From Rhina ancylostomus (taxonomy: Eukaryota): a stretch of DNA of 64,000 nt. The notes beneath the pieces were generated by a model. The model saw only the letters and a list, made by a program, of their open reading frames with translations. It did not search any database and was not told the origin of the DNA. Location: assembly GCA_030265395.1 (NCBI GenBank), contig JARFYF010000007.1, positions 22,284,386 to 22,348,385 of the forward strand, in the 5' to 3' direction. The position numbers and the translations under genes were made by a program. This document shows positions 1 to 13,000 of the stretch, piece by piece. Numbering within the stretch: the first letter of the stretch is position 1; each line of letters opens with the position of its first letter.

Positions 1-674
1 TTGAAGTATACCCATTATAGTCAAATATTTGAATTTGTTGTGGAAAATGAGATTATAAAAACGTGTCACTGCACTGGATGAAAAATCATCATGAAATGTA
101 TTGCAAGTTGGCTAATCTGTTCAGTGTACTAATTCATAAGCCTTAAAGAGGATATTTGACAATTAATTTTGGAACTCTTTATTAATTTTTGAATAATAAC
201 ATTATGTGGGATTCAAAATATATTATCTGTCAAATAGTTGATTTCTTAAGGTTTGCTGTGCCTTAAACAAATTCAGGAGAATTCAGAAGATTTATTATTT
301 GAAAGAAAATTGCCTGGCATCAGAGGCTCAGATCTTGATTGAATTTCATTCTCATGAGCTTTACGCTGGATTATTTATTAGAAATCATACTAAAAACCAA
401 TGTGGTGTAGCAAGTTATCTAGCACTGTAAAAGAATCCTATTTTCAAAATGAATTAGCATGATGAAATAACATCACTATTGATATAATGTTGCTATAATT
501 AATTTCTGAGGTTACTAGTTTGAATCTTGGCAGTAAAATAGGTTAGGTAATAATAATTTGAAACTTCTTGGTGCTTCAGAAAGTTTTTCTTAATCAATAT
601 TGGTTTTGTTAACAAGTACAAAATGTCAGAACCCCTCTTGATTCATAACTGCCACATCCGTATCAGTTTAGCTG

Positions 675-1030
675 CTGAGGGGATGTTTCCTCTGTTGGGG
701 ATATTGAGAAAAAGGAGACACAGTTTCAGATTAATGGGTAGTCGATTTAAGATGAGGAAGATTTCTTCTCTCAGTTGTGAATCTTTGGGGTTTTCCATCC
801 CAGAGAACTGTGGTGACTGAGTCATTGAATACTTTCCAGGCTGAGATGGGTAAATGTTTGGATTATAGAGGAATAAAGAGTTACAGGGATCAGGATTGGA
901 ACAGCATGGGGGTGGGAATTGAAGTTGAAGCCAAGATCAGATCAGCCATGATTATATTGGAAGATAGAGCAGCCTGGAGGGAGTACATGGCCTCCTCTTG
1001 CTCCCATTTATTATGTTTTTATGTTCTTTA
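675..1030 (+). mobile_element. CR1 LINE 3' fragment (degenerate ORF2 C-terminus and tail)
   Basis: Translations GMFPLLG..RRHSFRLMG..FKMRK and NLW...PQRTV..ESLNTFQAEMGKCLDYRGIKSY match the CR1 ORF2 C-terminus, seen better preserved at 23443-23670. Confidence 0.8.
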
Positions 1031-2614
1031 AACCTGCAGGCTCTTTCTGACACCTAACTGGATAGACTAGTTTTTGAAATGTATCTAAGTCCTAGATCAT
1101 GCCAATTAAATAGCATTTTTTTAATACTGCATTGCACAGGCACAGTGAAGTTCTCATTAAAATGCCAGAACTATTTGACAAATGAATCAATAGCAAGTTC
1201 ATCATTGTAAATTGGATTAATCATTAGACCTGAAACGTGTACTGACACTAATGAAAATCAACAGAAGGTCTTGCAGTTGCTTAGTCTTTAAGTAATGCAT
1301 TTTAAATGAATACTGATATTAAATTTCTAACTCAGTTTTTGAAAGGAAACATACTTGAAGAAACTTATTTAAAATTTAATCCAAGTTTATTCCATATGGA
1401 GCACTGACATTGTCTTATGGGAGACAGAGTGAACTAGAATTACTTGATGGGCTAAGTTATAATTATTATTAATAATAATAGTTGTTAGGTTATGGCCTTG
1501 TGAATACCTAAGGTAGGTTCCTTTAGTAAATTTTGCTTATACCTCATTTTAACCAAGCAACTGATAAGATGTCCTAGCACAAGGTTAAACAGTAAAATCA
1601 TTGATGGTAATAAACAAAAAAAATACTGAAATAAAAATGTACTGTGAGTTCCACACATATTTTGAAGGATTCAATTTTTCAATAGTTTTAATTTTTGAGC
1701 AAATGGGTAATAGAGAATAATAATTGATTATTTGTCAGAACTGTCNNNNNNNNNNNNNNNNNNNNNNNNNNNNNNNNNNNNNNNNNNNNNNNNNNNNNNN
1801 NNNNNNNNNNNNNNNNNATTACTGAAGCAACAACATGCAGACAATAGCTCTTAAAAGGTAAAAAAAAAGTCACAGGCTTATGAATGGTAAGCCAAGTAAA
1901 AACAAGATGAGAACATCTATTTTGCGTAATGAATAATATCCCCAATTGTCCTTATTTGGTAACAGTAAGAAGAAACACCATTTTGTAACAGTGGATAACA
2001 TGTGCAAATTTGTTTAAATATCCACTTTTCCACTTTTAAGATTATAACTTTATACTCAATTTGTAAATGTCAGAGTTATTGTGCAGAGTAAATATCTTGC
2101 TATTATGGAGGCTTCAGTGCACAGATACTGCTGTTAAAAATCCTGGAGCAGTTCTCATTGATCAGGCTTTCTCAAGGTGTGATCTGCAATTACCCTGTTT
2201 ATTATACAATGTACTACAGGAGAGTTAATGAAAAGACAAAAGTCAACAAGTTTAACATGTTATGTCTTGTGGCTACACCATTGATCATTGATCGGCCTGC
2301 ATCTCAACTCCTTCACATATACTTAAAAGATGTTTAAACCACTATAGTTATATTAAAAAAACATGTATAACATCTAATGCTACATAGCGGTAATAAATAC
2401 ACATTCATGCTCATCTGATCTCTAGGAGCAAATACTCTGCAGCAGAACAATTTTTAAAAAGATACAATAAAAATTTGTTTCTAAATATAAATTCTGAATA
2501 TATATCTTCAGTTTTCTGGTCAAATCTCTGCTTTTGCTCTGCTGTGGTTTGATAGTTCCATTGATGATAGCATCACAAATACTCCACTACCTTCGTTCAT
2601 TATAAATCCAATTC

Positions 2615-2980
2615 ATGTTTCAAGACATTGGCATGGCTGGCAAGGCCAGAATATATTTCCCACACCTCATTGCCCCTGAACAAAGTGGTTTGCTTGGCTA
2701 TTTCAGAAGACATTTCAAGACTCAACCTCACTGCTGCAGTCTGGAGTCACATGTAGGCAAGACCAACCATTAATGGAGGGTAAATTTTCTCCCTTGTAGG
2801 ACATTAGTGAACCAGATGGAATTTTATGAAAATCTAATGGTTTTGTAGTTAGTAAGAATAGTTTTTTTTTGTTTTAATTCCAGATTCTTTACTGAATTTA
2901 AATTCCATAGTTGTTTTTGGTGCGATTTGAACTCTGGGTTTCTGGTTCAGTAACTTAATTACTGTGGCTGCCACCACCGT
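2615..2980 (-). mobile_element. SINE-like element (same family as 46488-46835)
   Basis: Reverse complement shares 'atctggttcactaatgtc', 'catgtgact-cagac' and the 3' tail with the plus-strand copy at 46488-46835. Confidence 0.75.
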
Positions 2981-3724
2981 ACTCCATTCAACCCATACCA
3001 TTATCCTATGTGAAATAGTTTACAGAAGCAGAAAAGAGCAATGTTATATTAACTGTAAAGGTACTGATTATAGATTTTGAAGGCTGCTGCTTAAATAAGA
3101 AATTAATGAAAAGAACCAGTGTTAATTCAAAGGTTTGTTCTACTGAGTACTAAAACTATCTACTTGATCCCTGTGGTGATAATATATGAAATTTGTCCTT
3201 GGTTGCTTGTACTAAGTACACATATATAGTAGCTGCTACACACTGTATTCCACTTCAGAAATTCCACTCCCCTGATTTCAGTAGAACTGCATTTTGAATA
3301 TAGAGTTGAACACATATCTGCAAATGTATACGAAAGGATGAATTTCTATCTGATAATGTCCACCAACGATTTCATGGAAGTGTTATATATAATGTTGTGA
3401 AGCTCAGGCTACCTTTTTTGTTAAAGTATACAAAATAATTCCTTTCAATTAAATACACTTGCACACAGCAAGATATGAGTCATGGGAGAGATAATCCTTG
3501 ATGTGTATTATGATTTTTTTCAAGTTCCAATAATGTTGTAAGATTGCATTAATGAATAATTTTAGAAATATAAACAGGCTAGTTAATATCTTGCAAATAA
3601 CTACTTGCATAAAATTATCAATGATTTTTTATGTATTATATTATCATTTCCTGAGTTAAAATAACCATTTAGGAATACTGCATTTGAGATGAAAAATTGA
3701 GAAATGAAGGTCCAGATTCAATAC

Positions 3725-3827
3725 CTGGCCTGTGGCAAACCATAACTAGTGCCAACTCCAACACGAGGTAAACTATATACAGCTTTCTTCACTGTAGCTT
3801 GGTCTGGGAAATTAAACATAACAGATG
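3725..3827 (-). CDS. nbea: Neurobeachin coding exon, 103 bp, (T)[33 protein letters not shown](R)
   Basis: Manual minus-strand translation; acceptor ttttttttcgCAG and donor AG/GTATTG; phase 1 start joins the 118 bp exon; matches the end of the NBEA PH domain. Confidence 0.95.
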
Positions 3828-3990
3828 CTGCGAAAAAAAAAGAAAAATGTAAGTCTTAAAAGGAATGATACAACAAAGAAATTACCTATTTCACAAAGGT
3901 CATACAATTTTAAAGCAGCATTTTAAGTGCATATATAGTCTATATTTACATTAGTTTCAATCAGAAAACTAAATTTATAATAGTACATAC

Positions 3991-4108
3991 TTCTGTTGGC
4001 CATGAAAACTTCCAAAGCTGTGTTCTGGAGAAGATGGCGCCTTGAAAAAACAGCCCGTATTTCACTGAACATCCATTTTCCATGTAAACCTTCTGTGTAA
4101 GCAAGGAC
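3991..4108 (-). CDS. nbea: Neurobeachin coding exon, 118 bp, [39 protein letters not shown]
   Basis: Manual translation; acceptor ttttAG and donor GTATGT; phase 0 start, phase 1 end; [11 protein letters not shown] is NBEA-like rather than LRBA-like. Confidence 0.95.
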
Positions 4109-7044
4109 CTAAAATTTGAAAGTACCTTCATTTTATTGAATTCAAACCATCTACAGAATTCAAGATGCAAATGTGAGAATGTTCCATTAGTCCAAGTTCA
4201 CATTTGTGCAATAAAATAACATACATCAGATGTGGAACAATTTCAAACAGGCATTTTTCCATACTTTTGAAATAACTTGAATATATTAAAACTTTAAAAG
4301 TTTAAAACAAATAATGCAATTAAAATCAAATTTTTTTCTTCAAAACTGAATTGGTTTTTGTTTACAATGGCTGGTGTATGTAAGAGGCAGGAAGGCACAC
4401 TGTTATTTTTGGCAGAAAGCTCAAATTCACTTGTGTAAAGTAACACTATTATATCCATATTTGCTGTTAAAATATTTTAATTAATGCTGGTTGTAAAGAA
4501 ACAGGTATTAAATATGTAGAATACTTGGTCAATCACTTTATTTATTAAAACGTTTGGAGAAATGATTCAGAAATAATACTAAAATTCTTAAAGGGTTAAC
4601 GAGGGAACGTATTAGAATTTAGTCTCCTTTTCTCCTGTTAAGAAAAGTTGTTCTAAGAATACCACAGAGGATTTAGTGATGTATTGAAAAAGATGAAAGC
4701 AGCCTGTTCCTTTTTACAAAAGACCAATCAGAATTAAAAAGACACATTTTGCCATTTAAACAGATTGTTGCTGCCTTTCAGTTCTAAACATTAGACCTTT
4801 TACAAGAGAAAACAAATGGCTATGGCTTTTAATGTTATTTGGTTACCAAATAAGCCTTAATTGTTACAATGATATAGGTTAAAAGCAGTTTGCCTTTGAA
4901 GAGAAAAAAAATCAAGTGGACTTTAACTGACAAGTGAAAATAATCCCTTTCCATTCTCTATTTTCCCACCCTAACTTGCAAAGAAGGGCCCAATTGACAG
5001 TTTTCTATGAATCTCAGGTCAGCTTCATGCTTTTCAAACTTAATCAAGGAGGTGTTAAAAAAAGATGAAAGTCCCCCAACCTTCGCATATGGTAGAAGGC
5101 ACAGAAATGCTGGAAGTGAAGTGAGATGTTCCACAGGGGAAGGTTAAGGCTGATGCTAATGCTCATTTAAAATGGTGACAGTCAGTAGTACTGAAGCCTA
5201 GCTAGGCTGGTTTAATTTCTCTCTGGAATAGCTCTTTCCTGACCTTATGCAACACATCAAAGTCTCTTGAGCTCAATTAAAATTGGATTATGTTGAAATG
5301 CTCTATCTATGGGACTTTATGCTCACTAACACTTTTCTCTCAGTAATACCCCAGATGACAGTTACTCATCCCAATTTAAACAGTTGTCATAGAGACCATG
5401 AACTAAAGAAATGGCAGCCAACAATAAGGTGAAAGGTAAACTCCACCATCTCATGAATGAATAAAATACTCGATATCCCATCACAATAGTCTCAACCACA
5501 GCAGCAGCTTGGATTTAGAATCAATGTCAATGCAGCGTATAAGGCATGAGCTTCAGGGGAATATAAGGAAAACATGTCAGAAGATTTAAAAATATTGCAA
5601 ATCCAAAATTGTTAAAACAACATGGCTTTGGTTAAAACCAACAAGGGGCCTTGCAGAGTTAGTTCGTAGATACCATGATGAAGTGCAGCCCTCATTTTAG
5701 CCCAGCTGTAGAAAATGCCATCTAATGAATCTGTCTGGGACGGCTCTCCTTGTCCTGTCAGGCATGTCAGGAAATGACAAGCACTGGGGACAGGCCGCCT
5801 CCAGTCATAGACAGGCCTGCCAGCTGGAGACTTCAGCCTCAATCTAATCGCAGCACCAGAAAATAACATTCAGGTTTCAGCTTGTCAAGATGGTTTGGGA
5901 AGATGGCTGAAAAGCTTTTTGTTTCAATTACAGATGAAATTTGCACACAGTAATTAAANNNNNNNNNNNNNNNNNNNNNNNNNNNNNNNNNNNNNNNNNN
6001 NNNNNNNNNNNNNNNNNNNNNNNNNNAAACAAGGAGAACTAGCAATAAGGCCAAGACCATTCTTTCTTAGCCTATTTAAAACCACAGCTACCAGATTTCG
6101 AAATCATTTAAAAGTAGGGCTTATATTGTATTAGCATTATGGTCATTATGAAAGGCAACACCTGACTGTATTTCAAACATCTTCAAGACAATGAATGTAA
6201 CTTTATCATTAAATTATACATCTGCGCACTTCCTTGTAGCTATGTTGTTTGATTCATTTCATTCAGCTAGGAGCAAAGAGAGTTCTGGCCTCCTGACCTC
6301 AATTTTTACACAGAGAAACAAATTTCTTTTTTGCAAACTAACTCAATTTTTCACACGTCAACCTTTAGCCTAGCTTTAAAAAATTAATCTCATTTTCATT
6401 CCATTACACACAGATATTTGCTACAGCTAAAGTTACTTAAACTATTTGAACTCATTACAATCTATCCTGTAACCATTGTATATTCAGCTCTGAAAATGCA
6501 TTACCATTATTGTCATTTGTTTTTGCCCCAGACAGAAGTGAAGCACTTTGTTTTATTTTAGAAATTAATCCAAAGGATTGCATTCCTTTTAGTTCTGAAT
6601 TAAAATACTTGGATAAGATACAACTTTTATATTATACCAATGGTCATGCAACAGTTAAACTGATGCTTTTAATTCAAATTGATTCTTAGTATTGAAAATG
6701 GACAACAATCTATCATGGCAAATGTAACAGAATCAAATGTTTGCCTTTGGGGACCATTAGAGTATAACACTGCTCAGGAGTATAGCTTTAAAATAATATT
6801 TTGGCCATTCCAAATGGTATATAATATACATTCAAATTACTAGATTTGATTTTTAATTCATATCTTTAGTGTGTTACTATGTTATATAGATAGATGGCAA
6901 ACACAGTTTGCAATGCTCTGATATTTCTACTATGTCTGTTTTTATGACTTTTATTGGGCTATGTAAGTACACAATTATTAGTTAAATTGTCATTATAAAA
7001 TTAAATTGAATTTTAATTAATATTTCTAAAACATCTATCTAGTA

Positions 7045-7140
7045 ATTTTCTTCATTGCCATTTGTGGGACCTTGCTATATACATATTTCACCCAATTGCA
7101 ACAGTTACTGCCATCAAAAAAGTTATTGGATCTGATATAA
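7045..7140 (+). mobile_element. Deu-domain SINE 3' fragment
   Basis: 'cattgccatttgtgggaccttgct...ttgcaacagttactgc' resembles the reverse complement of part of 29395-29720. Confidence 0.5.
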
Positions 7141-8624
7141 AGGAATGAATGATGATATTTAATCCTAAATTATTTTCTTTACATGGTCATTTAATTTAAC
7201 AGATGAGAAGACAAGCTCCATTCTGAAGCATCACAGTAATCATTTATCTACTGCATGAAAAATTCACACTTCTTCATTGTTACCTTCCTGAACTAGGTCA
7301 TTATTAGTTCAGAGGCTCGAAGAAAGCAAATCAGAGGGCAAGGATCACAGATGGGCAGGACGAAATATAACGGGGGCTAAAATACAAAGGTAGATACAAA
7401 GCAGAGTGTGTAATTAGTCCAAAGGCCGACGTTAAAAGGAAGATGGGGTTGAAGAGAAACAGTTGTAGTACTGATATCTTTGTGATTCTTGGTTGGACAG
7501 TTTTGTTCCTGCTTGAATTGGGACATGATAGTGCCCTGAGTACGTGATTTATTTATGAGTTGTTTTGGTAACTTGCAGCAACAAAACTGAAAAAACCTGA
7601 ATATGGAGATAACAGCAGAAGCAGAACTCGTGCCAAGGAGAGCAGTGGGTGTAAAGCTAATCCTAAAATAACAGCAGGTGATAGAGTTTTAGTTTGGAGT
7701 ATTCAAGGAAACATCTGATGAGCCAGAGATGCAGACAACTGATGGGACTGAGGAGATGCTGGGTAAAGTTGGTAAAATGCCTTGATAAAAGTGGAAAAAT
7801 AGTGAAATAGGGAACTATAATGATTGTTATAAATAGGTTGAAACTTTTCCTTAATGATTGGTTGTCTGTGCTAATCTCAGACCAAAGTGGTTTAAAGTGG
7901 TTCAACTGCCAATGCTTGAGGAAATGTACAGTGTTAGATTACCACAATATTACATTATACAACCTATACTAATAAATTAGGCACAGATATAAACATTTAA
8001 CATAGATTCCTGATTTCCCTGAAAGAATTTCCAAAGTTGTTTTATAATTCAAGACTGATATGTGATATAAAAGTACAGTCCTATTCAAGTCGCACTCAAA
8101 GAAACAATATCTCACATGATAATAACATAGACTTTCAGTATATTCCGTGTTAGTGAACTGGTACTTACTGAGAGAAAAAATATTAGGATTGATGTTTTGT
8201 ACCTATCGTAATGACTACATTTAACTAAGTTCTATGTTTAAAATGATTCTGACAGTAAATGATCCAACTTGATAAAATCCTCCTTTGAAATAGTTTAAAT
8301 TAGATGGCACAATAACCAGGAATTGGGTACCAACTTTGCAGTCTGAGAAGGCAAGTGATTAAATTTCTAAATAAAAGTATGAATTTCTAAAAAATATTTA
8401 GCAAGCTCATCAGCTTCTGCATAAAGATAAAACAGGCAGGGATAATTCTGGATAGGGATTCTCAGAATCCAAATAACATATCATTTATTTTCCTTGTGCT
8501 GTTGAAGTTAGTCTATATTTACAACAGCAACTTTTGAGTTGAATTGTCATGCTTGATCATATGTTTATTTAGAAAAACATGATCAAAAATGTTACTTTTG
8601 CCTACAGTATTTCGTAGCATCCTC

Positions 8625-8980
8625 ATAAACATAAGAGCAGTAAGAGTAGGTTGTTAGCCTGTTCTACCAATCAATAAGATCTGACCTTTGGCCTCAACTC
8701 CATTTTCCTGCCCAGTCCCTATAACCTTGATTCCCCTATAATCCAAAAATACATCTTTCTCACAATTAAATATGCTTAATGACACAATGCCCACAGCCTT
8801 CTGAAATAGAGATTTCAAAAGATTTAAAACAATCTGGAAGGCAAAATTCCTCCTCATCTTTGCCTTAAGTGATTGACCCTCTATCCCAATGATGCCCCCT
8901 AGTTCTGGAGCTACTAACTCACTACGAAGCCCCTTCAGAATGTTTCAATGAGATCAGCTCTCATTCTTCTAAACTCATAA
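8625..8980 (-). mobile_element. CR1 LINE 3' fragment
   Basis: ORF 8654-8857 (MRRNFAFQIVLNL..SLFQKAV...FLDYRGIK) is CR1 C-terminal; tail similar to that at 23345. Confidence 0.85.
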
Positions 8981-10789
8981 ATTCATATATTCTGTAGGGG
9001 GTGAGAGAGGCTTATCGAAAATCTTGTAAAACAACAGCTGCTGTGAAGAAATCTTGCTAGTTGCCTTCACATTTTGTTCTTTAGTATACATGGGATGTGA
9101 TAGGCATGCTTAGGGACTTAGTGGATTTGAGCTGTGAGGCAACTGAACACGCCGTGTCAGTTTTCAACTCATTCTGCCAAGTGTGTTAAATGTGGCTCTG
9201 AGCATTTAGAGGACTGGAATTTCAGGAAAGCTCCAGTTTGCTGCACAAAGGGCTCATGAGCAATGAATGCTGCACCATCCCCCAATTAATCTTGTCTCTC
9301 TACCTTTGCTTTGCTTTCCCACTACGTGAAGGTAATAATGACACCCTCATCCATTATCCTTTTATCCTGTTATTCACGTGAAATTGCTTAATAACATGTT
9401 ACAGATTTGTCTTCAGTCATATAATTCTTCCTGTCATTGGCAGTATATCATCCACAAAACATATAGCCCTGTTTCCCAGTGTACGCTTTGAAGATTATTG
9501 TCAGTGACACCTTCAGGATGCATTCACAATTTGGAGCATCATTTCCACCATAATATGGAATTACACTGACTTATCTGTCATTGCCAAAAGCACAACAAGC
9601 AATTCTGTGCTAATGCAAACGTAATACACATTTTCTCCATGCTGTTGGAACAAGGGCTCTTGTAAATTTATGCTAATGATGCCCTTTTGTATGGAAGCAG
9701 GTCCCATGGAAGGACACTTTGGCAGCTGATAATCTGTATTTGAGTCTATTAGATAATTTGTATTTTATCCTCTTGTAATTATATAGTTTAAATCTTTTTA
9801 TTATTATTAATGCTAAATCATGTGTCAAACCCTAGTTTTGTTGGAGATAGCAGGGAACAGAGCAAATGAGCAGCTTTCAGATTTCTGTTTTGAGAAATCC
9901 TAATTGCTCAATCATGTTTTAACTGTTCATCTTTTAATAATTTAAAGATTTAGCTAATTTTTTCCTACTTCAGATCACCATTGTTAAAACCAAGCGGCTT
10001 CCCTACCCAGTGGCATTCCAAGGGGACCTAGACACCCCAGTGTGCACACCAATCTGACAACACATGACAAGCTGGTCGGCGTGCAGTAATTTGACTAATT
10101 ATACAGGATTAGAGCATATTAATGCAAGCTGTTTTCTCTAGGGTTAATGACCTACTGGCTGGGTTCATATGCCTGCAAGTCTGCAAGAAGCTAAAAACAC
10201 AAACCCAATTTCTGATTCTCGTCTTTTCGTATCAGCAAATGAGTACATCAAACTACTGAGCAGCAAAATGTTTGTGACATTGTGCCTCCTATTACCCTTC
10301 AAGGCTTTTCTAACTTTCTACTCTAGGGATCATGGGAAAGAAAATTAAAGTTCTCTCTTTTCAGGCTGCAGTAGACATTCAAAAACAAACCTATGTCAGC
10401 ACAAAGAGAATGTGTTTGTTGCTCATCAATACTTCTAAACAACAAGCAACTGAATCAAATTCTCAAATTGTCCACTTAAAAAGGAAAGCAAGATTTTAAG
10501 GTATGGTAAATCTACGCACATATGTAACTAAATTTGACTATGCAGCCGTATTTTACTTAAGACATTTTATTTTTACTCAGTTATTTAAACAACTATTCAA
10601 ACAGATTTATTCAGTAAAATAACTGCACATTAATTATAAACAATAATATTATGTCTGCAATGACAAGTCTCAAATTATCATATTTTAAGTCTCTTGTGTT
10701 GAATTGATTCTTAGACTTCTTATCCAATCTACANNNNNNNNNNCTTAGGTGAACCATCTTGATGAGAAGATAAGTTGTAAAAAATATTT

Positions 10790-11500
10790 TATGGAATTTT
10801 AAGTCACCCACAGTTCATTTACAGATGTACATGTAAGGATGGACCTTGCACTCAACATCCACAAAACAAAAGACCTCTATACCAATCTACTCCTGTTGTA
10901 GAAATCCCCCCCACTTCTGAAAACAGAGGCCCATGATGAGACCTTGGATAATATAGATCACTTCCCATATCTTGGAATCCACCTTTCAGCAAAGTAGACA
11001 TCAACGGTGAGATTAAACATCATCTTCAGTGCACAGCATAGCCTTTGGCCAGCTAAGAAAAAGACTTCAAACCCTATTTAAAACTCATGNNNNNCCAGAC
11101 GGCAGTGATTATTGCTCTCTGATGTACTTCTGAGACTTGGACAAGGTATAGTGGATGACTTAAGGTACAAGAGAGATACCAGCAATTACTTCCACAAACC
11201 CTCCAAATCCACTGGCAAGATCAATGAACCAATGCCAGTGTCTCCCCCCCCATGTCATTGTCTTCAGCATTGAGTTCCTCATTACACTGAATTGGCTCTG
11301 CCACATTATTCACATGCTTGAGACCAGGTTCCCAAAATAGATATTCTACTCTCTGTCACAGAAAGGAATTACCAGGTGGACAGAGGAAGAGATTCAAGAA
11401 ATTCTCAAAACCTCTGAGAAAAATGCAACATCCCCATTGACTCCTGGGAATCTCTAGCCCATAACTACTTAAAATGGAGAAGTAGCAGCATTCAGGAGGG
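10790..11500 (+). mobile_element. RTE-clade LINE fragment
   Basis: Degenerate motifs FPYLG.HLS, AFGQLRKR, TSETWT, ILQIHWQD, LPGGQRKRFK, SWESLA, typical of the RTE region after the RT domain. Confidence 0.8.
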
Positions 11501-11969
11501 CAAGAAAAATTGATTGCACTCTATTTACTTCGAGGAGAGGAAAATATTTTTTGATTGGCTTTGTTTTGTAGCACTCTTGCCTTTAAATAATAGGTTTTTG
11601 GTATAAACTATAGGTTGGCTTCAGTGAACAGATCTGCATTTTCTGACTGGATGCTTCTCTGATGGGATGGGTTTTCATCTACAAGAAATGACCCTCCATG
11701 ACAAGACCGCAGGTGTATTATTTGCCCCCAAGTTGTAATCTGGATGTTGGATACAATAATGGAAATTTCTACTGTAGGCCTTTGACCAACTCTATAAATG
11801 ATATAACTACTACATATTTTGTTTCATATGCAGAACCTGTACTATACCTGCTCCAAATATATTTGTTAGGTATCTCCCTTCAATGAACCTGTGAGGCCCC
11901 CAGAACAACATGCACTGGACCTTGACCTCATCAAGGCATAATATAGAGAAAAATAATTATTTCCACTTC

Positions 11970-12660
11970 TGAAAACCTGTCCATCTCTCTCCTACCTCAG
12001 TGCTGCTAAAACCCTTGTCCATGGTTTGGTCCAGCTTCAGGCTGGCCTGCATATCCCACAGTCAACATTCTAAAGCCTGAATCTTGTCCAGTTTACTTAA
12101 CCCCTTGTTTTTTGCTGACTGCTTTTGGTTCCTTTAGTCAGTGCTTCGGATCTATGATAATCAGCTTGGTGTTGAAATCTCTATCTTTCTAACTTCATGC
12201 TTCAAGACCCCACTCTTTCTCCAATTTCTCTGAAGTAGAAGATTTTGGAAATATTCAGCATATCTGGCAGCACGCATGGAGAGTTAATGTTTTATTCAAA
12301 CATGTCTATTGGACAATGGTATTCTTCCTCAGTACTGCATAGGGCACTGTTCTAATTACTGCTGCTCTGTCCCCCTCCCAACTCGCACTCACTCCATGCC
12401 TCATTAAGAATCAAGGATGCTTCATTAGATCTTTGTGCAATATGCACTCTGATTCACAATTTTCCTGACTATGGCTTCTTGTACATTCCTACCCATATGT
12501 TACTGCATCATTGGTAGCCTGATATTCAATCACCTGGATTGTATACTTTTGAATTCCCTCTAGAATGCACTTTACTGTTTTAGCTCCTTCTCATTTAAAA
12601 CTCTCCATAAAAATGTCCCCTTTGACCACGCTTTCTGTTACTAATCTCTTTTCTTTGACA
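11970..12660 (+). mobile_element. L2-like LINE 3' fragments mixed with other small repeat pieces
   Basis: 'gctgctaaaacccttgtccatggtttg' resembles the L2 AETLVHAF motif; L2-like tail at ~12480-12660. Confidence 0.5.
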
Positions 12661-12749
12661 CAGTTGGATTTACAGCATATAAACAAGCCATTTAGCTTGA
12701 CAGTCCATGTCAACATTTATGCTCCACTTGGGCTTCCTTTCATCATTTC

Positions 12750-13000
12750 TTCTCAAAGTCTATCAATAGAATCATCCATTCCCTTCTCCCTCATNNNNNN
12801 NNNNAGCTTTGTCTTAAATGTATCTGTATCGTTCACTTCAACCAACTCCTGTGGTAGCAAATTTTATATTCTTGCTACTCCTTGAGTTAAGAAGTTTCTT
12901 CTGAATTCTCTTTATTGCTTTCTGGTGACTATCTTAAAATGACTGCCTCTACGAATGTGAATATTCTCTCTGTATCTACCCTATAATCATTTTAGAAGCT
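12750..13000 (-). mobile_element. CR1 fragment
   Basis: 'ttcacttcaaccaactcctgtggtagcaaattt...aagaagtttcttctgaattc' is the reverse of the CR1 RRNFF...WN.LP.VVEA segment. Confidence 0.65.

Noticed and set aside
1-3724. Next nbea exon (RISLATPRQL...)
   Set aside because: Not found by eye; probably beyond the window start
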